A stretch of 58,913 nt of DNA, filler included. It is 3 parts of 3 records of this genome, joined end to end, with 100 filler letters (N's around TTAATTAATTAA, not from the genome) between each part and the next. Parts side by side here need not be neighbours in the genome. Positions count along the whole stretch, not along the records: positions 34,395 to 58,913 come from SRR20825006_1903; 2 more parts are not named here. One strand, written 5' to 3'. Below the pieces are notes generated by a model. That model had not been told where the DNA came from, did no database searches, and worked only from the letters and a program-made list of their open reading frames with translations. Both the position numbers and the translations under genes were made by a program. The stretch's first letter is position 1. Every line of letters begins with the position of its first letter. Shown here one piece after another: positions 49,925 through 58,913 of this stretch.

Positions 49925-50380
49925 TCAGGGCTGCTTCTGCTTCAGCGTATCGCGAATTTCCAGAAGGACATCCAGCTCGCTTGGGCCAGCTGGTTGCGCT
50001 GGTGCGTTTGCTTCTTCCTCTTCCTTCTTGCGCTCCGCAGCCAAGCGCACGCGGTTGACGCCCTTAACCAGCAGGAACACCACAAAGGCGATGATGAGAA
50101 AGTTGATTACCGAAGTTAGAAACGCGCCATAAGCAAAAATGGCGGCTTCACCTTCACGGGCAACATCAAGCCCGACGCCGGGTTCCACTGCGCCGCTCAT
50201 GACCAAATACATATCCGAGAAATCGATCCCGCCAACCACCAGTCCGATGATCGGGTCGATGATATCGGAAACCAGCGAGCGAACGATGGCTGTAAAAGCC
50301 GCGCCGACAATAATGCCGACAGCCAGATCAATCACATTGCCCCTGGCAATAAAGTTTCGAAATTCCTTCAGCATATACAT
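49925..50380 (-). CDS. mscL: Large-conductance mechanosensitive channel
   Basis: [39 protein letters not shown]. Confidence 0.96.
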   Translation of the reverse strand: MYMLKEFRNFIARGNVIDLAVGIIVGAAFTAIVRSLVSDIIDPIIGLVVGGIDFSDMYLVMSGAVEPGVGLDVAREGEAAIFAYGAFLTSVINFLIIAFVVFLLVKGVNRVRLAAERKKEEEEANAPAQPAGPSELDVLLEIRDTLKQKQP

Positions 50381-50550
50381 TCCCTCAAATGCAGGTCCTA
50401 CAGACAGCCGCCGCCGCCGATATCAGCACCTGAAACCAGGTAAAATTTAAACAATCGGTTTTGCTTTGATCGGCACAGACAACGTCGGGGCCGGAGCATT
50501 TTCACGATACTGCATTGAACAACGGTTTCAACACCCCTTTGCGCGAGCGC

Positions 50551-50575
50551 AAAAAGGAGGCTCAAGCCGCCTTTT
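50551..50575 (-). terminator. Probable terminator downstream of ppx
   Basis: Minus strand AAAAGGCGGCTTGAGCCTCCTTTTT. Confidence 0.45.
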
Positions 50576-50612
50576 AAAAGAAAAACATCCGAGAAATATA
50601 AACTTTCAGTAA

Positions 50613-52133
50613 TTAAACATGTGCAATCGCAAGGTTCTTGCCGGTCAGCTTGGCCAACTGCTGCACACGTCCCTCGACACGCTCACCAACGAAATCGGCG
50701 TATTTTTCCGGCACGACGAGTTCCAGGTCGACATCCTTGTCCTTTCCCGGCAGGAAATCGAGCGCGCCGACGATACCCGGCATTGAAGCTGAAAACAGGT
50801 AAGCCACACGCAACAAGCCACCGAGCAGCTTGGCGCGATCCAGCAGCTGCGGTGAAGCAATCGAAGCAAGGTTGTCGGTGTGATGATCATCGCGCAGCCC
50901 CTCAAACCGGTAATAGTTTGACAGCGCAATGAACACACGGCCCGGATGAGAAATGCCAACCAGCGAAGAATGAGCAATGACATTCAAAGACTGGCTGCCA
51001 CGAAAATCAGGATGCGCCCGCCAGCTGATATCCGCCAGAAGACAGGCGGCTTGACGATACCGCGCTTCTTCCGGTGTTTCCTCCACACCGAAACGGCGAA
51101 ACATCATGCCGGTCCAGGCTGCAATCTCATTGGCATGACGCGGAGAGCGGGCTCTTAGAATTGCCAGCTGGCGTGCAGCGACAAGAAGCGGATCCTGTTG
51201 CTGCTCCTCTGCGGGCAGGAGAGAGTATAAAAGCCCTTCACGCACCCCCTGCGCAGAAAACGAAATGGCTTTCGGTTCCATCACGCTCAGAACTTCGCGC
51301 AGCGCAATCGCGCCAAAGGGCAGCAACATGCGGCGGTTTTTGGAAACAGCCTGCCAGGCGTCATCTTTCTGGTCTTCGTCGTCACAGATTTTGTCGAGAA
51401 AGGCCATCAGCACATCAAAGGGCAATTCATAGCCCTGCATCATCGTCAGTGGATAGCCGGTCATTTCCATGTGCAGGCGGGCAATGTTACGCCATGTTCC
51501 ACCGACCGCATAAAACATCCGGTCCTTCCCCTTTTCGAGAAAGGAAACCTTCTTGACCTGCTTTTTGGCGAAAGAACGTGCCTTGGAAAGCGACCCTTCG
51601 GACAGCTCGGACAGGCGAATACCACCGAGCGGCAGAGTGATGCCATCACCGTGAGTCTTGTCCTTGATGTCAATGAGTTCAAGAGAGCCACCGCCCAGAT
51701 CCCCGGCAATACCATCGGGTTCATAAAAGCCGCTGATAATGCCGTAGGCTGAGTAAAGCGCTTCTTCCTTGCCGGTCAGAACCCTGATCTCGGTTGAAAG
51801 AATTTGGGTTGCCGCCTCGATAAAGGCCGGCCCGTTGGACGCTTCACGTGCAGCCGCTGTTGCCAGCACGTGCATTGTACCTGCCCGCGCCTGATCGGAA
51901 AGCGCCTTGAAACGCTTCAACGATCTGAGGGCCCGCTCAACACCATCCTCGTCCATCTTGCCGGTAGCAGCAATGCCGCGCCCAAGACCGCAAAGAACTT
52001 TTTCGTTGAAAAGAACTGTCGGTGCACGCGACAGCCCTTCATAAATGACGATCCGAACCGAATTCGACCCGATATCGACCACGGAGACAGGGGAAATCCC
52101 CGGAAGGCGCCCCTGTGCTTCTGATTCGACCAT
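50613..52133 (-). CDS. ppx: Exopolyphosphatase (Ppx/GppA)
   Basis: VDIGSNSVR, ATAAAREASN, DLGGGSLEL, GVREG. Confidence 0.95.
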   Translation of the reverse strand: MVESEAQGRLPGISPVSVVDIGSNSVRIVIYEGLSRAPTVLFNEKVLCGLGRGIAATGKMDEDGVERALRSLKRFKALSDQARAGTMHVLATAAAREASNGPAFIEAATQILSTEIRVLTGKEEALYSAYGIISGFYEPDGIAGDLGGGSLELIDIKDKTHGDGITLPLGGIRLSELSEGSLSKARSFAKKQVKKVSFLEKGKDRMFYAVGGTWRNIARLHMEMTGYPLTMMQGYELPFDVLMAFLDKICDDEDQKDDAWQAVSKNRRMLLPFGAIALREVLSVMEPKAISFSAQGVREGLLYSLLPAEEQQQDPLLVAARQLAILRARSPRHANEIAAWTGMMFRRFGVEETPEEARYRQAACLLADISWRAHPDFRGSQSLNVIAHSSLVGISHPGRVFIALSNYYRFEGLRDDHHTDNLASIASPQLLDRAKLLGGLLRVAYLFSASMPGIVGALDFLPGKDKDVDLELVVPEKYADFVGERVEGRVQQLAKLTGKNLAIAHV

Positions 52134-52148
52134 TTAGTCCCGGCTTGC

Positions 52149-54332
52149 TCAGTTGTGGCCGGACATGCGCCCGGCGATCAATTTTGGCGCACTCGATTTC
52201 AGGGCTTCACCGCGACCGGAAAGGCTCGGGTTCGTCATGAAATACTCCTGCGCGTTGAACGGCTCCTCACCCTCGCGCGGCTCGATCCGCCGCGAGGTTC
52301 CGTCGGGAAGTATCTCGTAGCTCTGCTGGTTGTCAATGATGTTGCCAAGCATGATCTGTGAAAGAACCTGCTCATGAACAGTCGGATTGGTCACCGGAAC
52401 AACCGTTTCCACACGCCGGTCAAGGTTACGCGGCATCAGGTCGGCAGAACCGAGATAGACATGGGCGTTTTCTGATGGCAGGCCGTGCCCATTGCCAAAG
52501 CAGTAAATACGGCTGTGTTCGAGAAAGCGGCCAACGATCGATTTCACGCGGATATTGTCCGAAAGTCCCGGCACCTGAGGGCGAAGGCAGCAGATCCCGC
52601 GCACGACAAGATCGACAATGACCCCTTCACGGCTGGCACGATATAGCGCATCGATGATCTTCGGGTCCACGAGCGAATTCATCTTCATCCAGATTGCGCC
52701 GGGCAACCCGTTTCTGACGTGTTCTATTTCTTCTTCAATGTGCTGGAGAATACGCGGTCGCATCGTTTTCGGTGAAACGGCAAGTTTCATGTTCTCTTCA
52801 AGCTCACCATAGCCGGTGATGTAATTGAACACTTCCGCAACATCGTGACCGATCTTGGGATCACAGGTGAAGTAGGAAAGGTCGGTATAAATCTTTGCCG
52901 TGATCGGGTGATAATTACCTGTACCGATGTGGCAATAGGTTCTCAGATTACCATCCTCACGGCGCACCACCATGGAAAGCTTGGCATGGGTTTTCAGCTC
53001 GATAAAGCCAAAGACCACCTGCACACCGGCGCGCTCAAGATCGCGTGCCCAGCGGATATTGGCTTCCTCGTCAAAGCGGGCCTTCAGTTCAACCAGCGCG
53101 GTGACCGACTTGCCGGCTTCTGCCGCATCGATCAGCGCACGCACGATCGGGCTGTCATTGGACGTGCGGTAGAGTGTCTGCTTGATCGCCAGAACATTGG
53201 GATCGCGTGCGGCCTGAATCAGAAACTGAACGACGGCGTCAAAGGATTCATACGGGTGATGAACCACGAAATCCTTCTCGCGAATGGCGGCAAAGCTGTC
53301 GCCGACATGCTCACGTACACGCTCGGGAAACCGCGGATTGTACGGCTTGAACAGCAGATCCGGACGCGGTGCCTTGGTAATTTCCGAAAGCGTGTTGAGC
53401 GCCAGAAGCCCCGGAAGCACAGACACACGATCTTCCGGAACACCGAGTTCGCGAATCACGAACTGGCGCATTGACGCAGGCATTTCAGAGTCGGTTTCAA
53501 TGCGGATCACCGAACCGCGGCGACGCTGTTTCAACGCAGTCTCGAAGTAGCGAACGAGGTCTTCGGCTTCTTCTTCCAATTCAATATCGCTGTCGCGGAT
53601 GATACGGAATGTACCCGAACCCTGCACCTCATACCCCGGATAGAGCCGGTGAATGAACAGACCGATCACATCTTCCATAGTTATGTAGCGAATACTGCCG
53701 TCGAGGTCTGGCAGGCGCACGAAGCGGTTGAGAGAGGGCGGCAGGCGCAAAAGGGCATTCATCGGTGCGCGGCCATGACGGCTGACAAGCTGCAACCCCA
53801 TTGAAAAGCCGAGATTGGGGATAAACGGAAAAGGATGGGCCGGGTCGATGGAAAGCGGCGTCAGAACCGGGAAAATACGTTGCTCGAATTCATGCGTCAG
53901 CCACACCCGGTCTTCTTCGGAAAGAACCGAAGAGCGAACGATCAGGATGCCTTCATTCGCCATATACTGCTGCAAAACGGCCAGAGCTGCCTGCTGTTCC
54001 ATCTGCAGATTGTCGATCTCGCGCAGGATTTCGGCAAGCTGTTCGGCAGGTGTCTTGCCATCAGCCGACATCATGGTCACACCCTGACGCACCTGACCTT
54101 CCAGACCGGCTACACGCACCATGAAGAATTCATCAAGATTGGCGGCAGATATAGAGAGAAAGCGAACGCGTTCAAGCAACGGATGCGCCGGATTCAGAGT
54201 TTCTTCAAGGACGCGACGATTGAACTGAAGCCATGAAAACTCACGATTGATGAACCGTTGCGGGCTGTTGATCAGATCTTCCGCCCCGTTCATTTCCTCA
54301 ATGGCCGGCGTACCAGTCGACAGGTCTTCCAT
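52149..54332 (-). CDS. ppk: Polyphosphate kinase 1
   Basis: [38 protein letters not shown]. Confidence 0.97.
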   Translation of the reverse strand: MEDLSTGTPAIEEMNGAEDLINSPQRFINREFSWLQFNRRVLEETLNPAHPLLERVRFLSISAANLDEFFMVRVAGLEGQVRQGVTMMSADGKTPAEQLAEILREIDNLQMEQQAALAVLQQYMANEGILIVRSSVLSEEDRVWLTHEFEQRIFPVLTPLSIDPAHPFPFIPNLGFSMGLQLVSRHGRAPMNALLRLPPSLNRFVRLPDLDGSIRYITMEDVIGLFIHRLYPGYEVQGSGTFRIIRDSDIELEEEAEDLVRYFETALKQRRRGSVIRIETDSEMPASMRQFVIRELGVPEDRVSVLPGLLALNTLSEITKAPRPDLLFKPYNPRFPERVREHVGDSFAAIREKDFVVHHPYESFDAVVQFLIQAARDPNVLAIKQTLYRTSNDSPIVRALIDAAEAGKSVTALVELKARFDEEANIRWARDLERAGVQVVFGFIELKTHAKLSMVVRREDGNLRTYCHIGTGNYHPITAKIYTDLSYFTCDPKIGHDVAEVFNYITGYGELEENMKLAVSPKTMRPRILQHIEEEIEHVRNGLPGAIWMKMNSLVDPKIIDALYRASREGVIVDLVVRGICCLRPQVPGLSDNIRVKSIVGRFLEHSRIYCFGNGHGLPSENAHVYLGSADLMPRNLDRRVETVVPVTNPTVHEQVLSQIMLGNIIDNQQSYEILPDGTSRRIEPREGEEPFNAQEYFMTNPSLSGRGEALKSSAPKLIAGRMSGHN

Positions 54333-54624
54333 GATTTAACGCATCCCTCTTATAAACACCGCTGTACTTATTTGAATCCAGAACACCGAAAAGTCGAACC
54401 TACTGAAATTATGACAATAAAACCCAATTGAAATAACCAGACTGCAACATAGCGTATTCTGACCGGCACGATTATCCCAAAAGACGAACTGCCTGATGTC
54501 GGCCTATCTTAAATTCGCAACGAAACTGTGACATAGCAACCAAGTTGCGCAGTCCGGCACAGCAAACAAGAAAATTCCGAAAATTGCAGCGCCGGTCATT
54601 TCAGTAAAACCGGCATTTCGGAAA

Positions 54625-55314
54625 TCACACCTGACGCTGGAGAACCTCAGCCGCAAGCGCACGGGTGATGCGGCGACCACGGGCAAGCGCCAACGCATCA
54701 ACAGCCTCAACGATGCCGCGGGCAGCCTCAAGCGAACGCTCCATCCGTGTCACGATATAGCGAACAACCCGGTCGTCGACGTCCAGCTGTCTGTCAGCAA
54801 ACAACTTGAATACGAGTTGCTCCAGCAGTTCGTCATCCGGTGCGCCAATCTCGACAACGGTCGCAGCGGCAAGTCTTGATTTCAGATCAGCAAGCTCCAC
54901 CCCCCATTGCCCCGCAAGACTGCGCGCTGTGATCAGGAGGGTGCCATTATTCTGCCGCACATGATTGATCAGATGAAACAGCGCTGTTTCATCGAAACCA
55001 TCCCTGTCCGCGTCTTCGAACAGAAAAGCAGAACCGGGATGCGCTGTGGTCTTGCCGGAGCGGATTGCTGCCGTCACATCACCAGCCGCACTTAAGCTTT
55101 TCCAGACACCGGCAATATGACTTTTTCCGGCGCCGGGCGGCCCGACAAGCAGAACGACCGGTGCAGGCCAGTCCGGCCAGCGATCAATGAGTTCCACCGC
55201 AGGCGCAACCGAAGCCGAGATCAGAAGATCTTCCCGGCTGCTGGCCTGACCATATCCCAGTTCAAGCGGCAACTGCATTGCCGCACGTTGTTTGTCATCA
55301 GCCTCTGCTGCCAC
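54625..55314 (-). CDS. hdaA: DnaA regulatory inactivator HdaA
   Basis: QLPL clamp-binding motif, GPPGAGKSH, LFHLIN, DLKSRL, RMERS; start approximate. Confidence 0.9.
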   Translation of the reverse strand: MAAEADDKQRAAMQLPLELGYGQASSREDLLISASVAPAVELIDRWPDWPAPVVLLVGPPGAGKSHIAGVWKSLSAAGDVTAAIRSGKTTAHPGSAFLFEDADRDGFDETALFHLINHVRQNNGTLLITARSLAGQWGVELADLKSRLAAATVVEIGAPDDELLEQLVFKLFADRQLDVDDRVVRYIVTRMERSLEAARGIVEAVDALALARGRRITRALAAEVLQRQV

Positions 55315-56437
55315 CGGACAATCCCGCATCTTTTTCCGAAGGTTCGGCGCCATCCCTTTCGCCATCCCAATAGAGTTCGCTGTTCAGATAACGGTCAATC
55401 GCAAAACGCACAAGCACACCAACCGCGGCAGAAACCGGCACCGCCACCAGAAGCCCGACAAAACCGAATAAAACGCCAAATGCAAACAGGGCGAACATCA
55501 GCCAGACCGGGTGCAATTGCACGCTGGAGCCAACCAGCTTCGGCTGCAGCACGTTACCTTCGAGGAACTGGCCGAAGAGATAGATCCCGAGAATAAGCGC
55601 GATCATCCAGTAATCCGGCCAGAACTGATAGATCGCCACTGCCATCGAAAGGACCAGCCCCGAGGTTGACCCCAGATAGGGAATGAAGCTGACAAAGCCT
55701 GCATAAAGGCCGATCAGCGCACCGAAATTCAAGCCGGCCAGTGACAGTGAAACTGAATAGTAGATGCCGAGAATAATGCAAAGCGATCCCTGACCGCGGA
55801 CAAAACCTGAAATCACTTTATTGATTTCATTGGTCAGATAACGCACATCATCGACCTGGCGCCGTGGAATCCAGCTGTCGATCTTGGTGACCATCCGGTC
55901 CCAGTCCAGCAACAGATAAAACGCGATAACCGGAGCCAGAACGACGAAGGACACGACATTGACCACCGCCATGGACGAACTCCAGATCCCGCCAAACAGC
56001 GATGAAGCGATGGAGGCGCCGCCAGACAGCATCTTGCCGACATTCTGACCGAGTTCGGCAAGCTGGCCGTTGGCCCAGTCTGTCAGTTTGGAGAGCTGGG
56101 TCGTTTGCACATAATGCTCAAGCTCTGCCATGTATTTCGGCAATTGCTCGACGACCTGTGATGCCTGGGTAATGACCACCGGAATGAGGATCAGTAGAAC
56201 CACAATCACAAAAACAAAAAAGGCGAACATGATCGTCGTTGTTGCCCAGAGCCGGTTGAAACCAACTCTTTCCAGCCAGTCGGCGACAGGATCAAGGAAA
56301 TAGGCGAGCGCCATCCCCGCAACGAACGGCAACAGGATACTGCGAAAGACATACAGAAACAGAGCGACAAATGCCGCAAACAGCAGCCAGAAAATCAACT
56401 GTCGTTTTAAACCGGCACTGGTAACACGCTCTGGCAT
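55298..56437 (-). CDS. AI-2E family transporter (PerM-like)
   Basis: ILLPFV..LAYFLDP, FVRGQ, FIPYLG, LEGNVLQPKLVG..LHP. Confidence 0.92.
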   Translation of the reverse strand: MPERVTSAGLKRQLIFWLLFAAFVALFLYVFRSILLPFVAGMALAYFLDPVADWLERVGFNRLWATTTIMFAFFVFVIVVLLILIPVVITQASQVVEQLPKYMAELEHYVQTTQLSKLTDWANGQLAELGQNVGKMLSGGASIASSLFGGIWSSSMAVVNVVSFVVLAPVIAFYLLLDWDRMVTKIDSWIPRRQVDDVRYLTNEINKVISGFVRGQGSLCIILGIYYSVSLSLAGLNFGALIGLYAGFVSFIPYLGSTSGLVLSMAVAIYQFWPDYWMIALILGIYLFGQFLEGNVLQPKLVGSSVQLHPVWLMFALFAFGVLFGFVGLLVAVPVSAAVGVLVRFAIDRYLNSELYWDGERDGAEPSEKDAGLSGGSRG

Positions 56438-56740
56438 GAAAATCTCCTGAAACACCCTCATGCCGCTTATAGCGACAATGTCTCTCACCTTCTATCATAA
56501 CTTCGCAGCCGTGTATGGCTTCAGACATTTATGCCTGGAAGACTGTGGAAACAGTTGAAAACCCCGCCTGACGACTGAGAAAACCTGAAGCGTCCCGCCA
56601 CTTTTAAGAACTCCGGCAGCGACTGACAACCAATCCTACATATAACTGTCAATATCAGCTCGGCGTTTCAGCCCCTGCTCTTGAAACAAGCCCCCCGTCA
56701 TGCAATGCCGTTTCAAGGATATGGATGAGGAAGTGCGCCC

Positions 56741-57814
56741 ATGAGCGAGACCCGAAAGAACGGACTGACCTACAGTGACGCAGGTGTCGACATTGACGCC
56801 GGAAACCTTCTGGTCGAGAAGATAAAACCAGCTGTTAAGTCCACGCGGCGCCCCGGTGCGGACAGCGAAATCGGTGGCTTCGGCGGTCTCTTCGATCTGA
56901 AAGCGGCGGGCTTTTCCGATCCCGTTCTGGTTGCCGCCAATGATGGCGTTGGCACCAAGCTCAAAATCGCCATCGAGGCGGGCAAACACGACACGGTCGG
57001 CATCGACCTGGTCGCCATGTGTGTCAATGATCTGGTGGTTCAAGGTGCTGAACCGCTGTTCTTCCTTGATTACTTTGCTACCGGCAACCTCGATCCCGAT
57101 CAGGGGGCCGATATCGTCGAAGGCATAGCCGAAGGCTGCCGCCAGGCCGGATGCGCCCTTATCGGTGGAGAAACGGCTGAAATGCCGGGCATGTATGCAA
57201 AGGGGGACTATGACCTTGCAGGCTTTGCCGTAGGCGCTGCCGAACGCGGCACTCTGCTACCGGCAGCCGATCTCGCCGAAGGCGATGTGCTTTTCGCCCT
57301 CGCCTCTTCCGGTGTGCATTCCAATGGCTTTTCACTGGTGCGCCGGGTGGCGGAACTGAACGACATGGGCTGGCAGGCTGCTGCGCCGTTCGCACCGGGA
57401 AAAACCTTCGGCGAGGCCCTGCTGGAGCCTACGAAGATTTATGTGAAACCACTGCTGGCCGCCATCCGCGAAACCGGCGCAATCAAGGCACTTGCCCACA
57501 TCACCGGCGGCGGTTTTCCCGAAAACATTCCGCGCGTACTGCCGAAACACCTCTCCGCTGCCATTGAGCTTGAAACGCTTGTCATTCCGCCGGTCTTCTC
57601 CTGGCTGGCACGCGCAGGCGGCATTGCACCGGCAGAAATGCTGCGCACGTTCAACTGCGGCGTTGGCATGATCGGCGTCTGCGCCGAAGACAAGCTTGAC
57701 GATGTGCTTTCCGTCTTGAGGCGCGAAGGAGAAACCGCCTACCGGCTCGGCCATATTATACCGCGTGAGGGTGACATGGAAGGCACGGTCTACAGAGGCA
57801 TGATCAACCTATGA
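56741..57814 (+). CDS. purM: Phosphoribosylformylglycinamidine cyclo-ligase
   Basis: [40 protein letters not shown]. Confidence 0.97.
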   Translation: MSETRKNGLTYSDAGVDIDAGNLLVEKIKPAVKSTRRPGADSEIGGFGGLFDLKAAGFSDPVLVAANDGVGTKLKIAIEAGKHDTVGIDLVAMCVNDLVVQGAEPLFFLDYFATGNLDPDQGADIVEGIAEGCRQAGCALIGGETAEMPGMYAKGDYDLAGFAVGAAERGTLLPAADLAEGDVLFALASSGVHSNGFSLVRRVAELNDMGWQAAAPFAPGKTFGEALLEPTKIYVKPLLAAIRETGAIKALAHITGGGFPENIPRVLPKHLSAAIELETLVIPPVFSWLARAGGIAPAEMLRTFNCGVGMIGVCAEDKLDDVLSVLRREGETAYRLGHIIPREGDMEGTVYRGMINL

Positions 57815-58464
57815 CCGCAAAGAAACGTGTTGCCGTTTTTATTTCGGGTAGTGGCTCGAACATGATGCGGCTCGCAGAAGCCTGCGATGAACCGGATTTT
57901 CCTGCCGAGATTGTCGCCGTTCTTTCCGACAAGCCGGAAGCGGCCGGACTTGAAAAAGCGTCTGCACGCGGCATCAAAACGCTGGCCTTTCCCCGCAAAA
58001 ACTATGGCAGCAAGCAGACGCATGAGGCCGCTATGCTGGCGGCACTGGCGGAGATAAAGCCCGACTTCATTTGCCTTGCAGGTTTCATGCGGCTTTTATC
58101 CGCTGATTTCATCCGCGCACATGAGGGCCGGATCATCAATATCCATCCCTCTCTTCTGCCCCTGTTTCCCGGTCTTGATACCCATCAGCGCGCAATTAAT
58201 GCCGGCATGAAGCTGGCGGGCTGCACCGTGCATTTCGTTACCGAGGGCATGGATGAAGGCCCGATCATCGGTCAGGCGGCTGTACCGGTTCTCAATGGAG
58301 ACGTCGCCGATTCCCTTGCCGCCCGCATCCTCACCGTTGAGCATCAGCTTTATCCGCTGGCCTTGAGACGTCTGGCTGCCGGTGATGTCTGGATGGAAGC
58401 TGGAAAAGCTGTTTTCACCTCTGCGCCTTCATCTGCGCCAACGGACAGCCTGCTTTTTGTCTGA
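57811..58464 (+). CDS. purN: Phosphoribosylglycinamide formyltransferase
   Basis: [33 protein letters not shown]. Confidence 0.97.
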   Translation: MTAKKRVAVFISGSGSNMMRLAEACDEPDFPAEIVAVLSDKPEAAGLEKASARGIKTLAFPRKNYGSKQTHEAAMLAALAEIKPDFICLAGFMRLLSADFIRAHEGRIINIHPSLLPLFPGLDTHQRAINAGMKLAGCTVHFVTEGMDEGPIIGQAAVPVLNGDVADSLAARILTVEHQLYPLALRRLAAGDVWMEAGKAVFTSAPSSAPTDSLLFV

Positions 58465-58502
58465 CCGGACTTCAGTCACGGAAAAAGATACGCTCCAGAA
58501 CG

Positions 58503-58535
58503 AAAAAACCCGGCGGAACGCTCCCACCGGGTTTT
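58503..58535. terminator. Bidirectional rho-independent terminator between purN and rpoD
   Basis: AAAAAACCCGGCGG-AACGCTC-CCACCGGGTTTT. Confidence 0.85.
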
Positions 58536-58561
58536 CTAATTCTTGAATTTCCAAAGCCTGC

Positions 58562-58913
58562 TCAGCTATCCAGGAACGAGCGCAGCTTGCGGCTGCGGCT
58601 TGGGTGCTTGAGCTTACGCAGAGCCTTTGCTTCGATCTGACGAATACGTTCACGGGTCACCGAAAACTGTTGGCCAACCTCTTCCAGCGTATGGTCGGTG
58701 TTCATGCCGATGCCGAAACGCATTCTGAGAACACGCTCTTCACGCGGGGTCAGCGAAGCCAGAACGCGTGTTGTCGTTTCACGCAGGTTCGCCTGAATGG
58801 CCGCATCGATCGGCAGAAGCGCATTCTTGTCCTCGATGAAATCACCGAGATGAGAATCTTCCTCGTCGCCAACCGGCGTTTCAAGCGAGATTGGCTCCTT
58901 GGCAATTTTCAGA
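58562..58913 (-). CDS. rpoD: RNA polymerase sigma factor RpoD, C-terminal part (runs off the window)
   Basis: Not in the ORF track. Manual translation: [27 protein letters not shown]...[63 protein letters not shown]. Confidence 0.97.
   Translation of the reverse strand, partial: LKIAKEPISLETPVGDEEDSHLGDFIEDKNALLPIDAAIQANLRETTTRVLASLTPREERVLRMRFGIGMNTDHTLEEVGQQFSVTRERIRQIEAKALRKLKHPSRSRKLRSFLDS

Overview
The window is not one locus. It joins three unrelated fragments with 100-nt N spacers that carry a TTAATTAATTAA linker (9006-9105, 34295-34394). Fragment 1 (1-9005) is GC-rich and probably Myxococcota/Bradymonadales-like (inferred, tentative). It has biotin carboxylase, BCCP and a split methylmalonyl-CoA mutase, a Tat-lipoprotein extradiol dioxygenase, a small sigma-region-4-like protein, DedA, DUF4328 and glycerol-1-phosphate dehydrogenase. 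Fragment 2 (9106-34294) looks like Rhodobacteraceae plasmid or ICE DNA. It has a candidate defence cassette (small repeat protein, TIR protein, Zn ribbon, orphan) converging on a virB1-B11 type IV secretion operon that includes a VirB5 paralog with an inserted lytic transglycosylase domain. After that come USP, LysR and a sugar-type ABC operon with a permease fused to a strictosidine-synthase-like propeller, plus a second, degenerate propeller. Fragment 3 (34395-58913) is Rhizobiaceae core chromosome: sdhCDAB, gpsA, tsaD, hemC-hemD-mic60-hemY, mscL, ppk-ppx, hdaA, purMN and the 3' end of rpoD. It also holds a candidate iron-regulated sRNA upstream of sdhC. All calls come from motif recognition by eye; no database searches were run.
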